Positions 24,224-35,329 of a DNA stretch of 64,000 nt are shown piece after piece. The notes under the pieces were generated by a model. That model searched no databases. It had not been told where the DNA came from and was given only the letters and a program-made list of their open reading frames with translations. The DNA comes from Gnetum montanum (lineage: Eukaryota; Plantae; Gnetophyta): assembly GCA_015680685.1 (NCBI GenBank), contig MNCI01003051.1, forward strand, positions 62,001 to 126,000, in the 5' to 3' direction. Position numbers and translations under genes: made by a program. Numbering within the stretch: position 1 is the first letter of the stretch; each line of letters starts with the position of its first letter.

Positions 24224-25683
24224 CTAAGTTCGAGGCACCTTGCCAGAGGCTTCGTCCACATCATTGTCCCCCACTTGGAAGGGCAACTCAGCCCACACAT
24301 CTTCGTTTTGGAAGCTGGTTTGCTGAGCCAATTCCTCTGCCAAATGGTTAGTGTGTGCTATGATGGGCGCTTCATTCTCAGAGGTTACAACCTCTGAGCC
24401 CTGTTCCATGTCTACATTGTGGATTGCTTGCGTCACCACTTTGTCAACATGGATCACCACCTCCCTACCTATGTAAGGCATATGGATCTTCTAGTGTATA
24501 GGTGAGGAGACAGCCCTGAGTTGCACTAACCATGCATGATCTCTCTAAGATCATGTTAAACCCAGGCATTTCCTCGACCATGATGAATGTTACGTTCGTG
24601 GGGAACTAGTCCCCTACTATAAAGTCTATGTGGACTATGCCCTTCACCACGACCCGTGATCCATTGAATGACCTTAGGCACGACGTCATTGTGGGTTTGA
24701 TCTAGTCGACCAAGCCCAACTTGTCCACAATAGGGAAGGGGATGATGTTGGTGGTGGCCCCATCATCGACGTGTACCCTTCGAATCCGGTGTTGGTCGAC
24801 CCAAATTGTGATGAATAGGGATGCTATAGTCACCTGACCCATTTTAGGATCTTCCCTAATGAAACCATCGCTGAAAGTTAGTTGGGATGGCTCTGGCTCT
24901 GCAGGTGTGGATGGAAGCATGACTGAGTGGATTGCTTCCTCTTCCATTGGCATGTCTTCGTTGACCAAAATCATTGTCAACATGCGGATCAGAGCCTCAC
25001 AGTGTGTGAAAGATGTCATGATTAGATCGTACAAGCTCAGTATAGTGTTTTTCTATTTCAGAGCTTGTTTGACCTCAGTGAGGGCATCCAAGAAGTCTTG
25101 GCCACCCCCCTGTTTACCGCCTTTCTTCTCTTCTATTCATCCCGAAAGACAAATTTCCCGAGGAGGGGCAGTTTCAGATCTGGGTTCAGACCCTTTTTGG
25201 CGAGGCGGCACAGACTATGCGGTTGTAGCAACGTCCCCCTTTGGTGATGAGGGCGAAGATGCAAGGGGTGAAAACGTAGGCTTAAAAGTACCTAGGGTGG
25301 TACCTCCCTTCAACGTCTCATCCGCAAAATGCACTTCTCATTTTTTAGGATGAAAAGGTTGTTCAGTTGTCTTATGCAAGGCGGGGGCTGTTGAAGACGT
25401 TGGTCCCCTAATGATAAACGAAGCTAACGATGTTAACGGGTGGGGTGGTGCAGTTTTGCTAATAGGTGGTGCCGGGGCAAATGCCTAGGGAGGGACTCTT
25501 AGAACAAATGACTGTTGCGAGCTTCGACCAACCGTTGGTGGTGCTGGTGCACTACACTGAGGCACACGGATCACGAACAGTTGCTGGGTTAGCCTAGATC
25601 ACTGTCAATGCCAATGGTGTTGATAACATAATTGATGTTGTCAGCGTTGTTGGCATTGAGGGGGAAACTGGTGTTGGACGAAA
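24224..25683 (-). pseudogene. C-terminal gag remnant and aspartic protease of element B
   Basis: 'RVHVDDGATTNIIP' (protease motif, 24702-25034) and 'FNMIL..AWLVQLRAVSSPIH'; Pro-rich gag C-terminus upstream; capsid domain absent. Confidence 0.85.
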
Positions 25684-26861
25684 GCAATGCTAACTTTTTG
25701 CTTGCTTGCTAACCAATTCACTTGTCAGCCATCCGAGAGACCAAAAAGGATCAAAAAAAGGCCCCCTTGAGCATTGCTCATTGGGGTATTTATAGGACCA
25801 AGGGCATGCGAAAGATGTCGTTTGGATGCCACGTGTCCTGGGCCTATGTTGACTTGTCTATGCTGCATGGGTGTGCATGACCGTTGGACGAGCCTGCCAT
25901 GCTATAATTACATCATCAGAGCTTGGAGATGTGTGTCAATGGTGTAATTAGGTGAAGTGCATTGATGTGGCGTAACTGTCTGCTACGCCATGTCGTGCTT
26001 TGTAGCGTAGCGTGTGGGCGTAGCATAGAAACTTGTTATGTCATGCTACGCTATGTTGCGTAGCATAGCGCAGCCATTAGTTCGAAGCAAAAACTTGCGT
26101 TGTGTCTTACTGCATGTGCTGGAAACTTTTGAAGCGTGCTGACTATTTATTGTATATTTGCTACGCTATGCTACGCTACGTAGCGTAGCATGGCGTAGTA
26201 GCTGGCCTTAGTCACGAAAATGTCGCCAATCAGCAAACTTTGCCTTTTGCGCTATGAAACTTGTGTACTTGTTGATCCTGCCCTTTGAGATGCCTTTTGT
26301 TATTCCCACAAAGTTGCTATGCTGTGCTACACTACGTAGCATAGCAACCAACATAACCTGCTTTTCTGCTAAGTTTACCGTTTTCTGGTGAAGGAGCCAT
26401 TACTGAAGAACTTGGAGTAGAGCGAAGTAGTTGTTTTCAAAGGTCAGAGGTGCTAACTTAGTGGATTTGAAATCACTAAGTAGGTCAAGCCTTCCTGTCT
26501 TGCTCTCGCTACGCTGTGCTACGCTGCGAAGCGTAGCGTAGCGCCTTGTCTTGCAACAATTTGTGGTTGACTATTTGAACAACTGTCTTTCAAAGCCTGC
26601 TACGCTATATAGCATGGCATAGTGTAGCAAACTCCTTGACTAGAAAACTTGCCAAACTATTTTACGCATTTAGAGCACCGCTGACAACTCTTTGCATTAC
26701 TTCTGTGTAGGCTATCAACTGGACAAATTACCTAACTAGAAAATTTGCCAAACTGTATAGCCTAAGACCCAGAACATTCATCTCCTAATGAACTGCATGA
26801 CGCTGCCTGCATTATGATGGCCTGGTGAAGCAAGGATGCCCTGAGAAGTTAGGGTGTTTCA
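25684..26861 (-). repeat. 5' LTR of element B, lacking ~540 bp at its U5 end
   Basis: Aligns with 12205-13417 only; no counterpart of 11665-12204 and no PBS. Confidence 0.88.
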
Positions 26862-29200
26862 AAGATCAAGGACATCTCTATGTCCTACTCAGTGAAAGCC
26901 ATTTCTGAGAACCTTGGGTTGCCAGAAACTACAATGTTAATCGTAAGGAGTTTAGCGCACTCACAATGGAAGAGGGTGCATACTTCAAAATGGTAACCTA
27001 CCACCTCAATCCAATGGTGAGAACTAGCAAGATAACAATCTTCTTTGCCTATGCATGCACCACTCTAAACAAAAAATTCCCTATCAACCTTCCATAGCTA
27101 ATCTATCTAGAGATGAAGAAGTGATTCAAAGAAAATGATAATGGAAGGAAGACATTCCCCTTTCCATGTCTCATCTAAAAATTATGCAAAAGAAGAACAA
27201 TAGCCTACTATTTCAATGATAATATCAAACATGCTCCATTTGCCTTTTGGGTCGAAATGATGAAGGACAAATTGCTTGCCAAGGTGATCAAAGAGGAGTA
27301 ACAACCACCACAACCCACTCATGAGTAAACAACACTGGACCCCTGCACTGCTGTTAAGTGCATGCATGAACTCTATGAGCAACTCCTACAGCAGCAATAG
27401 GTAGGATCGAGCGGTGGTGAACCCTCTATCTACAAACTCATATTGAGTCATCTCAACCAGGTAGCATGATCCATCAGTAGGATGGAAGGTTCAATGCCAA
27501 TGTCTTCTACGTAGACAATGCAAGTGCCCATAAGATCAAATCTTAGCACCCGAGAGGTGACAATATATCTCTCTCTCGCAACAACAAAAATTCCCAAAAA
27601 TATCTAGAAGCACCACTACCTTTTCAATGCATTTGGATGAGGACGAGGGAGTAACTATTTTAACAATGCAGCACTAAGGGCAGGAGATGGTGCCAGAGGT
27701 GGTAGTTGATATAGTGGCTGATGCACTCAATGCCCCTACGACATCTATACCATATGTTGCTACACTTAGAGACTTGAAGGTGCCTGCATGAGCACCAAGT
27801 GGGAGATTCAATGCAACCCAGCATGAAGAGTTGCTGGACCGACTAGTAAGAACCAGGCAACTGATTTCAGATATCTTTGATATCCTAGAAATCATTTTAG
27901 CAAACTAGTCAAAGCTACTTAAGGCTAAGGACAAAGTTCTCATTACCAATGCCCAACTTAAAACAACTCTAGCTAAGATTCAATGCTTGGCTACAGAAGT
28001 TGAAGAACTCAAAGCCTACCGTACTAATCCTATTGTACTCAGCCAAGTAGTCTCAAGAGATGAAGCCTTTCAACAACTTTAGCAAAAAATTCAAGAGGCT
28101 AAGTATGGAAAGGAATCAATAATCTTCGATCAATCCTTAGCAGATTCCACTACATATAACATTCAAAAGGACATATCAAAGATTCACTAGAGGAACATGA
28201 GGCTACCCAAGAAAATCATCACCTATGAAATGTTAGGATGTAGAAAGAATAGATGGTTGAATTCATTCGACAATGGTAAGAGTAGCTTGCTAGATTAAAC
28301 ACTAAATTAAGAATGTTGGTGGCAAAGAATCAAAATCTCTGAATGAAGGAGGTGTATGGCCAAAAATATACCATTAAAATCACCACCAAGAAAAATGAGG
28401 CTCTCAACTTCAAAAGGGTTAAGACCCATTACAAGCATCAGGTTGGCTTGTAGAAGGAGATAAATGAAAAACACATCTAACTGACAAAGGCAAAGGCGAA
28501 TGAAGCCCTTGAGCAACTCCAAAAAGGAGGTGATGTTTGGCAGCCCATATTTGGTGTACTGAATGCATACAACAAAATTGAGATCCACCTCAAGGAGCTG
28601 TAGATCAAGGAGATGACGAAGTACATGAAGCTTACCAACCTCTATTACTCAAATTGGGAAATGCTAACTGCTAGACGGCCAAGGTCAAAATTGGAGAAAC
28701 AAGCTCGTACCTTCTATATAAGGTAAAGTTCAAGCATTATAAAGAAACCAAGTAAAGCTTGAGACAGCAAATGAAAAACTTAAGGTTCTCAAGGTGAAGT
28801 TCACTAATTAGTGATCAATAGCAGAGAACCTAGACAAAAGAAGGAATGACTACTAAGAATTGTGGAATGCACTCAAGGCATTCAACATTGAACACAAACA
28901 GTTCACTACCTAGTTTATCAACATTAAGGAGTTATTCCCTATAATGCTCTATCCTTGGGATGTTCCCATACCATCCCACATTGGCGATGCTGCATGGACT
29001 GTGTATGATCCCAGAAGTAAGGGAGAGAAGATGAAAGAATTGTTGGATACTTTTTGTCTTTTGCTAAAAGTTGCAGCTACAATAGGACAACCATAACCAC
29101 CATCTCAACTATATGCACCAAAAGTAGGAGAAGGTCCTTTAGCACCTTAGGAACCTTCATTGCCTAGGACCTTCTAATTTTCTTCATTGTCTTCAAGCCG
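26862..29200 (+). pseudogene. Element A 3' accessory ORF, 3' part (coiled-coil rich), decayed
   Basis: Contains 'FPINLP*LIYLEMK...FPFPCLI', resembling Athila accessory/Transposase_32-type proteins. A homologous copy lies at 1-1300. Confidence 0.6.
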
Positions 29201-29427
29201 TTAGAGGAGTTTTGCTATCAATCTTTTTCATGGTGTTCAATTTTGTTGTCATGAATACCAAAATTTTGTAATGATTCTAAATTTGTACACTTGGGCACTT
29301 AGTGTTTGTTTATGTTAGTTGTGTATCTCTAGTTAGTCAATAATCCCATACCTTCCCAAAATTTTGTAAAGAACTTATTCCTCCTTTTGTTCACTCAAGG
29401 ATGAATTTTCATTTTTTCATGGGGGTA

Positions 29428-30028
29428 TGGTGAAGCATCTTCCTTGGGTTGTGTCAATGAGATGTCATCAACATGATCCCATCGATGCAACCCCATCGAT
29501 GCAATCAAGTCAATGCATGGTCTGAGGCATGGATGTGACCCCATTAACATAGTGTCTATCTTTGCCTATAAATACATGCTCACTAACTGCATTTATGCCA
29601 TCCCATAGTTTGTATCCTAGTGAAGCTCTTGCATTTTTTTTATTTGACAAAATATTTTCCAAGTACCCACAATCAGAGTGAGAAGTGTACAAATCTTTAT
29701 TCAAACACTAATGTACCTGAGCACCTTGGTGTGATCAACAATAATGACATACTTTCTTCACAAACCTTAAAACATTTAGAATTAGCTTAATGTTTACTTA
29801 ATTCATTTATTATTTAAGAAATTTACTTTAATTGATCATATTAATTAATTTAATGTTTACTTAATTCATTTATTATTTGAGAAATTTACTTTAATTGATC
29901 ATATTAATTAATTAATTAATATACATAAGAATGACCATTTCGAGCATATGTTAATGTTTGGTAATCNATCACTTAGTGAACACTAGTGATTCATATGGTT
30001 GGGCATAGGGACTGCTTGCTACTCATGA
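29428..30028 (+). repeat. 3' LTR of element A (assembly gap N at 29967; ~60-bp internal tandem duplication)
   Basis: TGGTGAAGCATC...CTACTCATGA followed by TSD CTTCT; aligns with 3050-3922 on both sides of the N. Confidence 0.88.
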
Positions 30029-31149
30029 CTTCTTTATTCGATTCACTTCAATAATAGCTTCAAATGTAGCAACTTTAGCTTTCATACAATTTTTTTAGGG
30101 ATTGTTTATCTAATCATCATTTTGATTTTCTTTAGTTCTAACCTCTAATGTAGTAATTTTTTGACACATCTCCTCAATGTACAATGGAAAATTTTTTATT
30201 TTTTCCATCTTTTCTTATACATTGCAAGCTTCATTGCTTAGCTTTTTCATTCAATTTTTAGATTTTAAATTATTATAGGATTTTATTTCCTAGATCCCAT
30301 TTAGAAATTATGAGATCTAAGTGATTTTTACATTCTCACGCAAATCTAATCAATGGAAGCCTTCTTTCAAAATCTAGATCTAATTGCTATGTGCTACTTC
30401 CAAGATCTTCTCACTTTCACTACCTTGAGCTCTGTTTTACCTACATGCTACTTCCACTACTCTACTCTACCTTATCTGTTGCTACTTTGCCTTGTCCAAA
30501 GTTAATAACTCTACTAATTCTTTTAGCTTTCTACCTTCTTCAGAGGGTTTCTTCAAATGTAGGCTTGTAAATTACTTGACTTCTCTATTTTTGATTTTAA
30601 TAATAATGAAGTTGTCATGTACATGATTCACCTATCATAAATATTATAAAATCGTTTTATAATAGCACTCATTCTTTCCAAAGTTACATTATCTAATTTT
30701 ATGATTAGCTTTGTTAAAGTATTAACATACTTTGTTCATTGTCTCATATACACAAGTTATATTACTTCATGCTTACACAAGAGAATCAATGAGATGATAA
30801 TTTTACATTACATGCATATAGAATGTGAAAATTTTAACATACAATAAATATGATGCAACAAGGAAATCAGTTTGCAATATTTCTAATTTCCAAAGAGGAG
30901 ATCTAGAACATTAATATATATAATTAAATGTATTAAAAATATAATTTTGGACATGAGGCCAATTATTAGTTAGCTGGACATTATCATAAAAATTAAATAA
31001 TTATTATCATAATGCTAGTCCAAGAGATGAAATTTTTTCCTAAAATTATCATAGATATACAATGGCTTGACCAATTACCAACATAATATTTTAAGCTCAA
31101 TAACTGCCACATAAATAATTATTTAACATTGGTTTTTATTTTTGTCAAC

Positions 31150-32900
31150 ATGGAAATCAATTCTTACTAATTTAATTCTAGGATTTCATTACTTTGAAAA
31201 AGAAACAACGTCTCTCAACCAAATAATAGATATATATCATAAGTATATAACTAAACTAATTAATTTTCACATAAAAATATGTTATCAATGAAGCATAACA
31301 TATTTCTTAGATTAAGAAACCATTATTTATTCTTTTTAATAATGGTTAAGAAGCTTTCCTTATCATTACTAATAAAATTGCAGCAAAAGTATTCTTTAGC
31401 ATTCCTTTCATATCCCAAATCATTCTAAACTAAATTCATTTATAGTCTTTTTCCTACGTATGAATTCTAAGGCACACTAGAGTGCTATAATGTGCTAGAT
31501 ATTATACCTATGATAATCAAACCTAAAGCAATTTAGTTTGCTTTCTTCTAAAAGCATCCATAAATGGAATAAAACACATATCATTTTAGACTACTTGACC
31601 ATGATTTAGTTTAACTATCTAAGCTCATTGAAGCTTCTTATAACTTGGTTTTAAAAAGCTTTATTTACAATTCGAAATGTTTAGGATTCCACTCTAAATT
31701 ATTTTTTAAAAAAAATAATTGAAACTATATTAAATTGAAAGATGTCATTTTCAGAACTAAATACCTAGACTAAAGAGTTATAGATCCTTGTAAGAAATTG
31801 TCTTACTTCTATTTTATAGCAAATTGAACTAGCAACAAATCTTTTTGTATAATAAGACCTTGACTAGACTTATTTTCCTTTATCTATTGCTCACACAATC
31901 TCTAACTTGTTGGATTCTAAGTTGCTTTGATAGCAAATAAATGGTTCATAAAAAATTAAAACCATGATTTATGGTACATGTTATTAGATTTATAATTTTA
32001 CTATAGAAAATGAACACGTGGGTATAACCTTCTCTTCCAAATATCTTGGCCTATAATGCATTACTTAAAGAGTTTCTAGTAGTATGAAAGGTTTATTTAC
32101 TTTAAAAATCAAATGTAAAAAGAAAGCTATAGACATAATATTCATTGAAACTAATATTTTCTTGGGTTTGTGTATACCCAAAGGATCTATCAAACAAATG
32201 AACTTATGTAGAAATGATAAATATTAAAAACAAATAGCATATGATATTATGCTTCTTGAAACAAAAATGATGCCCTTAGAAGTTGAAGATATTTTTCAAG
32301 TTATACCCTACATTCATAATATTTCTTAATTCTTATTGGATAAATACTCCAAAAAAAGTGATAATGGAAACTCAAGATAAAGGATGATTTAATGAAGGAG
32401 TTCTATGGCTTAATAAATGGAATATTCAAGAGTACAATTTTTATTCTGATCCTAAGCAAGTTTACGAATTGGTTAAACCATTAATATTTCAAAAACTTTA
32501 GGAAATTCCAAAAACAAAAGAACTATTTTTGTTTGAATACTATTAGGAGAGATCATAATTCAAAGGCCACAAATTTATCTACTATCATTCATTATCCTTT
32601 GTGATGAAAGTTCAAATAGTTAGATAACTCGAAATGCCTTGTAAAGGATAAATATGTCAATCATGTAATATAAATATCAATAAAGATGAACATTAGACTT
32701 TCATGCAATGCCTTACATTTCAACACATCAAACCTAGGTGGTATATTACAATTGCAAATTTGGTTGATTTATTCCAAATGTTACTGAGAATACTTAAGTT
32801 TCTCTAAAAGGTTTTTTAAAGACACCTAGAAGTTCTTAATGATATTTTAAAACTCATAGCATATATACAAATTTAGAGTGTATAAAAATTTGATAATATT
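31150..32900 (+). mobile_element. Highly decayed LINE fragment (RT C-terminal part and Cys/His finger)
   Basis: Remnant 'LGFH/GIP'-like motif near 31680 and 'CQSC..KDEH..F..C' near 32655-32715; boundaries approximate. Confidence 0.4.
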
Positions 32901-33449
32901 TCTAGTATTCAATATATTTAGATTATATATAAATTTGATAATATTTTAGTTTTATGTATGCATACTTATTAATTATAAAATCATTATTATAAAGAATTTT
33001 TAAGAGTCATAGACTTGAGGTCACAACTTACTTAGTTAAGCTTCCAACTTGCTTTACTTGTCAAACTTTTATCTATGTTTCCATTTGTCTTATTCATCAC
33101 TATTACTGCCTTGTCACCCACTATTATCTTAGCATCTAAGACCTAGGTTTGTATCACTTCATCCTCATAGTTTTATCTATTTTAATTAAGAAAAATTAAA
33201 AATTCATGTTAATATTTGAAACTAAAACTAAAACTGGAATTTTATTATGTCTGTAGAACCTTTAGATCTATTGGATCATAGAAATATACATGTTATGAGT
33301 TTTGAAAACATTATTGAAACTTTAACTAAAACTTTATTATGTCCATATATCCTTCAGGTCCATTAGATAGTTGAAATATACATGCTATGAGTTTTGAAAA
33401 CATCATTAAGAAAATTATCAAATATTCTTACTATCATTTGAAACAAATC

Positions 33450-35200
33450 AATCAACATTGCAACTATATGTTCCATCTCTATATAATGTGCTCTAATACA
33501 AAACATTGCAAGAAAATGTAGTATTCATCTTCAATAATATCTGTATTGCACAACTGACATATTTATTTTTCACAAGGAATTTTATGCCATCTACATATTT
33601 TAACTCTTAAATGATAAGATTTCATTCATGCTCTACTAGTTGTGCATCATAACTAATCAGGAATAGTAGTAGACAAATAATTTACCTTTGAATTAAAGCT
33701 TTTCCTAATACTATTCAAATAGAAATGTTTCTTTACCTTCTACATTTTCCTAAAGTTTGTGATATATTACTTATTTTACCAAATCGTGAACTTAGTTAGG
33801 ATTAGATACATAATGTACTCTTGAATATTTCATTTATTAAGCCATGAAACTCCTTCATGAAACCATACTCTACCATGGATTTCCATCATCATTTTTTTTG
33901 CACTATTTATCTAATGAAGATGCATAAAAATTATGACTGTTAGGTATAAACTATAAATAGCTTCAACCTCTAACAACATCATCTTTGCTTTAAGAATCAC
34001 CATATTGTATCATGTATATCTCTTCATTTTAAATTTATCAAGCAAAAAAAAAAAAGCTTCTAAATTTCTTCTATTTATTGCCAATATTTATTTGATAGAG
34101 TAGCACCCTACACAATAAACTCATAATGAATAGGTTAAGAAATTGCATGATAAAGTTGTTTTTGGATATTCTAAGTTAGAATAGATTCTTTCTTATATTT
34201 TATTTTTAAATAAAAAAGATATTGTATACTACTTGTACCTCTTTGAGTAATGCACTAATCCCATTTGTAATTGTAGGAGCATTCTAAGCCAAGATATTTG
34301 AAGAAGGAAATTATGTCTATATGTTTATATCCTATTGTAAAATTGTAAATCTTATTATATGTGTCACAAATCATAATTTTTATTTTCAAGATATTAACTT
34401 TTATTCCTAAGTGTCTACAAAAGATATTAGGAGTATTAAGCATTTGTTATAATCCTTTCATTGAATTTGAAATTAAGGCAACATTATTAACATAGAGTAA
34501 TAGTCCGATAGGACTACTTCCAATTATAATTGCAAAATAAGTTAGTATGTTATCCATTCACTCTTCAAGTTTATCAATAAAAAGACCAAATAAAGTAGAA
34601 AGAACAGGGCATCCATGTTTAGTACCAATAAAAATATTAAATAAAGTTTTTTCTTATTCATTTGTAAACTCAATACATACCTCATTGTAAAATTTGTTAA
34701 TGACCGATAACAATGTGTTGGGAACTTATAAATTTTTCAAGCAGCTCCATAAGTTACTTTGAATGATAGAATCATAGGCCTTAGAAAAATCTATAAAATA
34801 GATAAAAGGTTTCTTGTGTGGACCTTTTTTTCTATCAGTAAGATATTTTAAAGTGATAAGATGATCTATAGTACAATGTTGTTGCCTGAATTCTACCTAG
34901 GAAATTTATACATATCTAATTTGCTTCAACTCATATTTCAATTATGGATTCTAGATTTGTATCAAAAAGCTTAGCAAAAATATTAGTAATTACAACCATT
35001 CAACAATTATTTATATCTTTTTTGCCTCCTTTTGTAAAGAGCATAACTACTTTATTAATATACCATTTCTTTTCTAACACTATTAACATAATCAAATTTA
35101 ACTTCTTCTAGATGAAATTCTATACTAGTGACCCTCCCCATTTAAGCATTTCTCAATATAAGTCATTTACATTAGTATCTTTTCCTAATGCTAATTTTTT
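33450..35200 (-). mobile_element. Decayed LINE RT fragment
   Basis: Minus strand 'IDFSKAYDS', 'TKHGCPVLSTLFGLFIDKLEE', 'LLYVNN' (YADD equivalent), 'FKYLGLE' (34255-34443). Homologous to 38580-40340. Confidence 0.8.
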
Positions 35201-35329
35201 TTATTCTTTGCATTGTGTTATCAAAAGAAATGAATAATGTATTACAATTATTATGAAATAAAATGAAGCTTTATTACATTTAAATACCAATAAGATATTT
35301 TGAAAAAATATTACATTTTCATGAAAAAT

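Larger units (their letters stand above)
18508..24238 (-). other. Putative 5,731-nt GT-AG intron (or direct-repeat-flanked insertion) between protease and RT of element B
   Basis: Minus-strand donor AAG|GTGCCT (GT at 24238-24237) and acceptor CTGACAG|GTG (AG at 18509-18508), both phase 0. Removal joins ORF 24224-24481 in frame to ORF 17965-18243. The 10-bp direct repeat CGAGGCACCT sits at 18500-18509 and 24231-24240. Confidence 0.7.
11665..26861 (-). mobile_element. Tat-clade (Ogre/Retand-like) Ty3/Gypsy LTR retrotransposon (element B) nested in element A
   Basis: TG..CA termini; 5-bp TSD AAGAT at 11660-11664 and 26862-26866; direct LTRs; minus-strand order gag-PR-[insert]-RT-RH-aRH-INT; extra archaeal-type RNase H; no chromodomain. 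Confidence 0.93.
3050..30028 (+). mobile_element. Athila-like Ty3/Gypsy LTR retrotransposon (element A), decayed, interrupted by element B
   Basis: Paired LTRs; 5-bp TSD CTTCT at 3045-3049 and 30029-30033; tRNA-Asp-type PBS; gag-PR-RT-RH-INT remnants; 3' accessory ORF; PPT gggggta at 29421-29427. Confidence 0.92.

Noticed and set aside
18511-24229. Helitron or Mutator interpretation of the 5.7-kb insert (TC at 18511, hairpin plus CTAA near 24224; 10-bp direct repeat)
   Set aside because: It is not inserted at an A|T site, and Helitrons make no TSD. No terminal inverted repeats, transposase or Rep/Hel are visible. The insert shares repeat motifs with the host element. Not fully excluded.
29960-29975. 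Apparent ~330-bp deletion in the 3' LTR of element A
   Set aside because: It coincides with an N, so it is an assembly gap and not evidence of a biological deletion.
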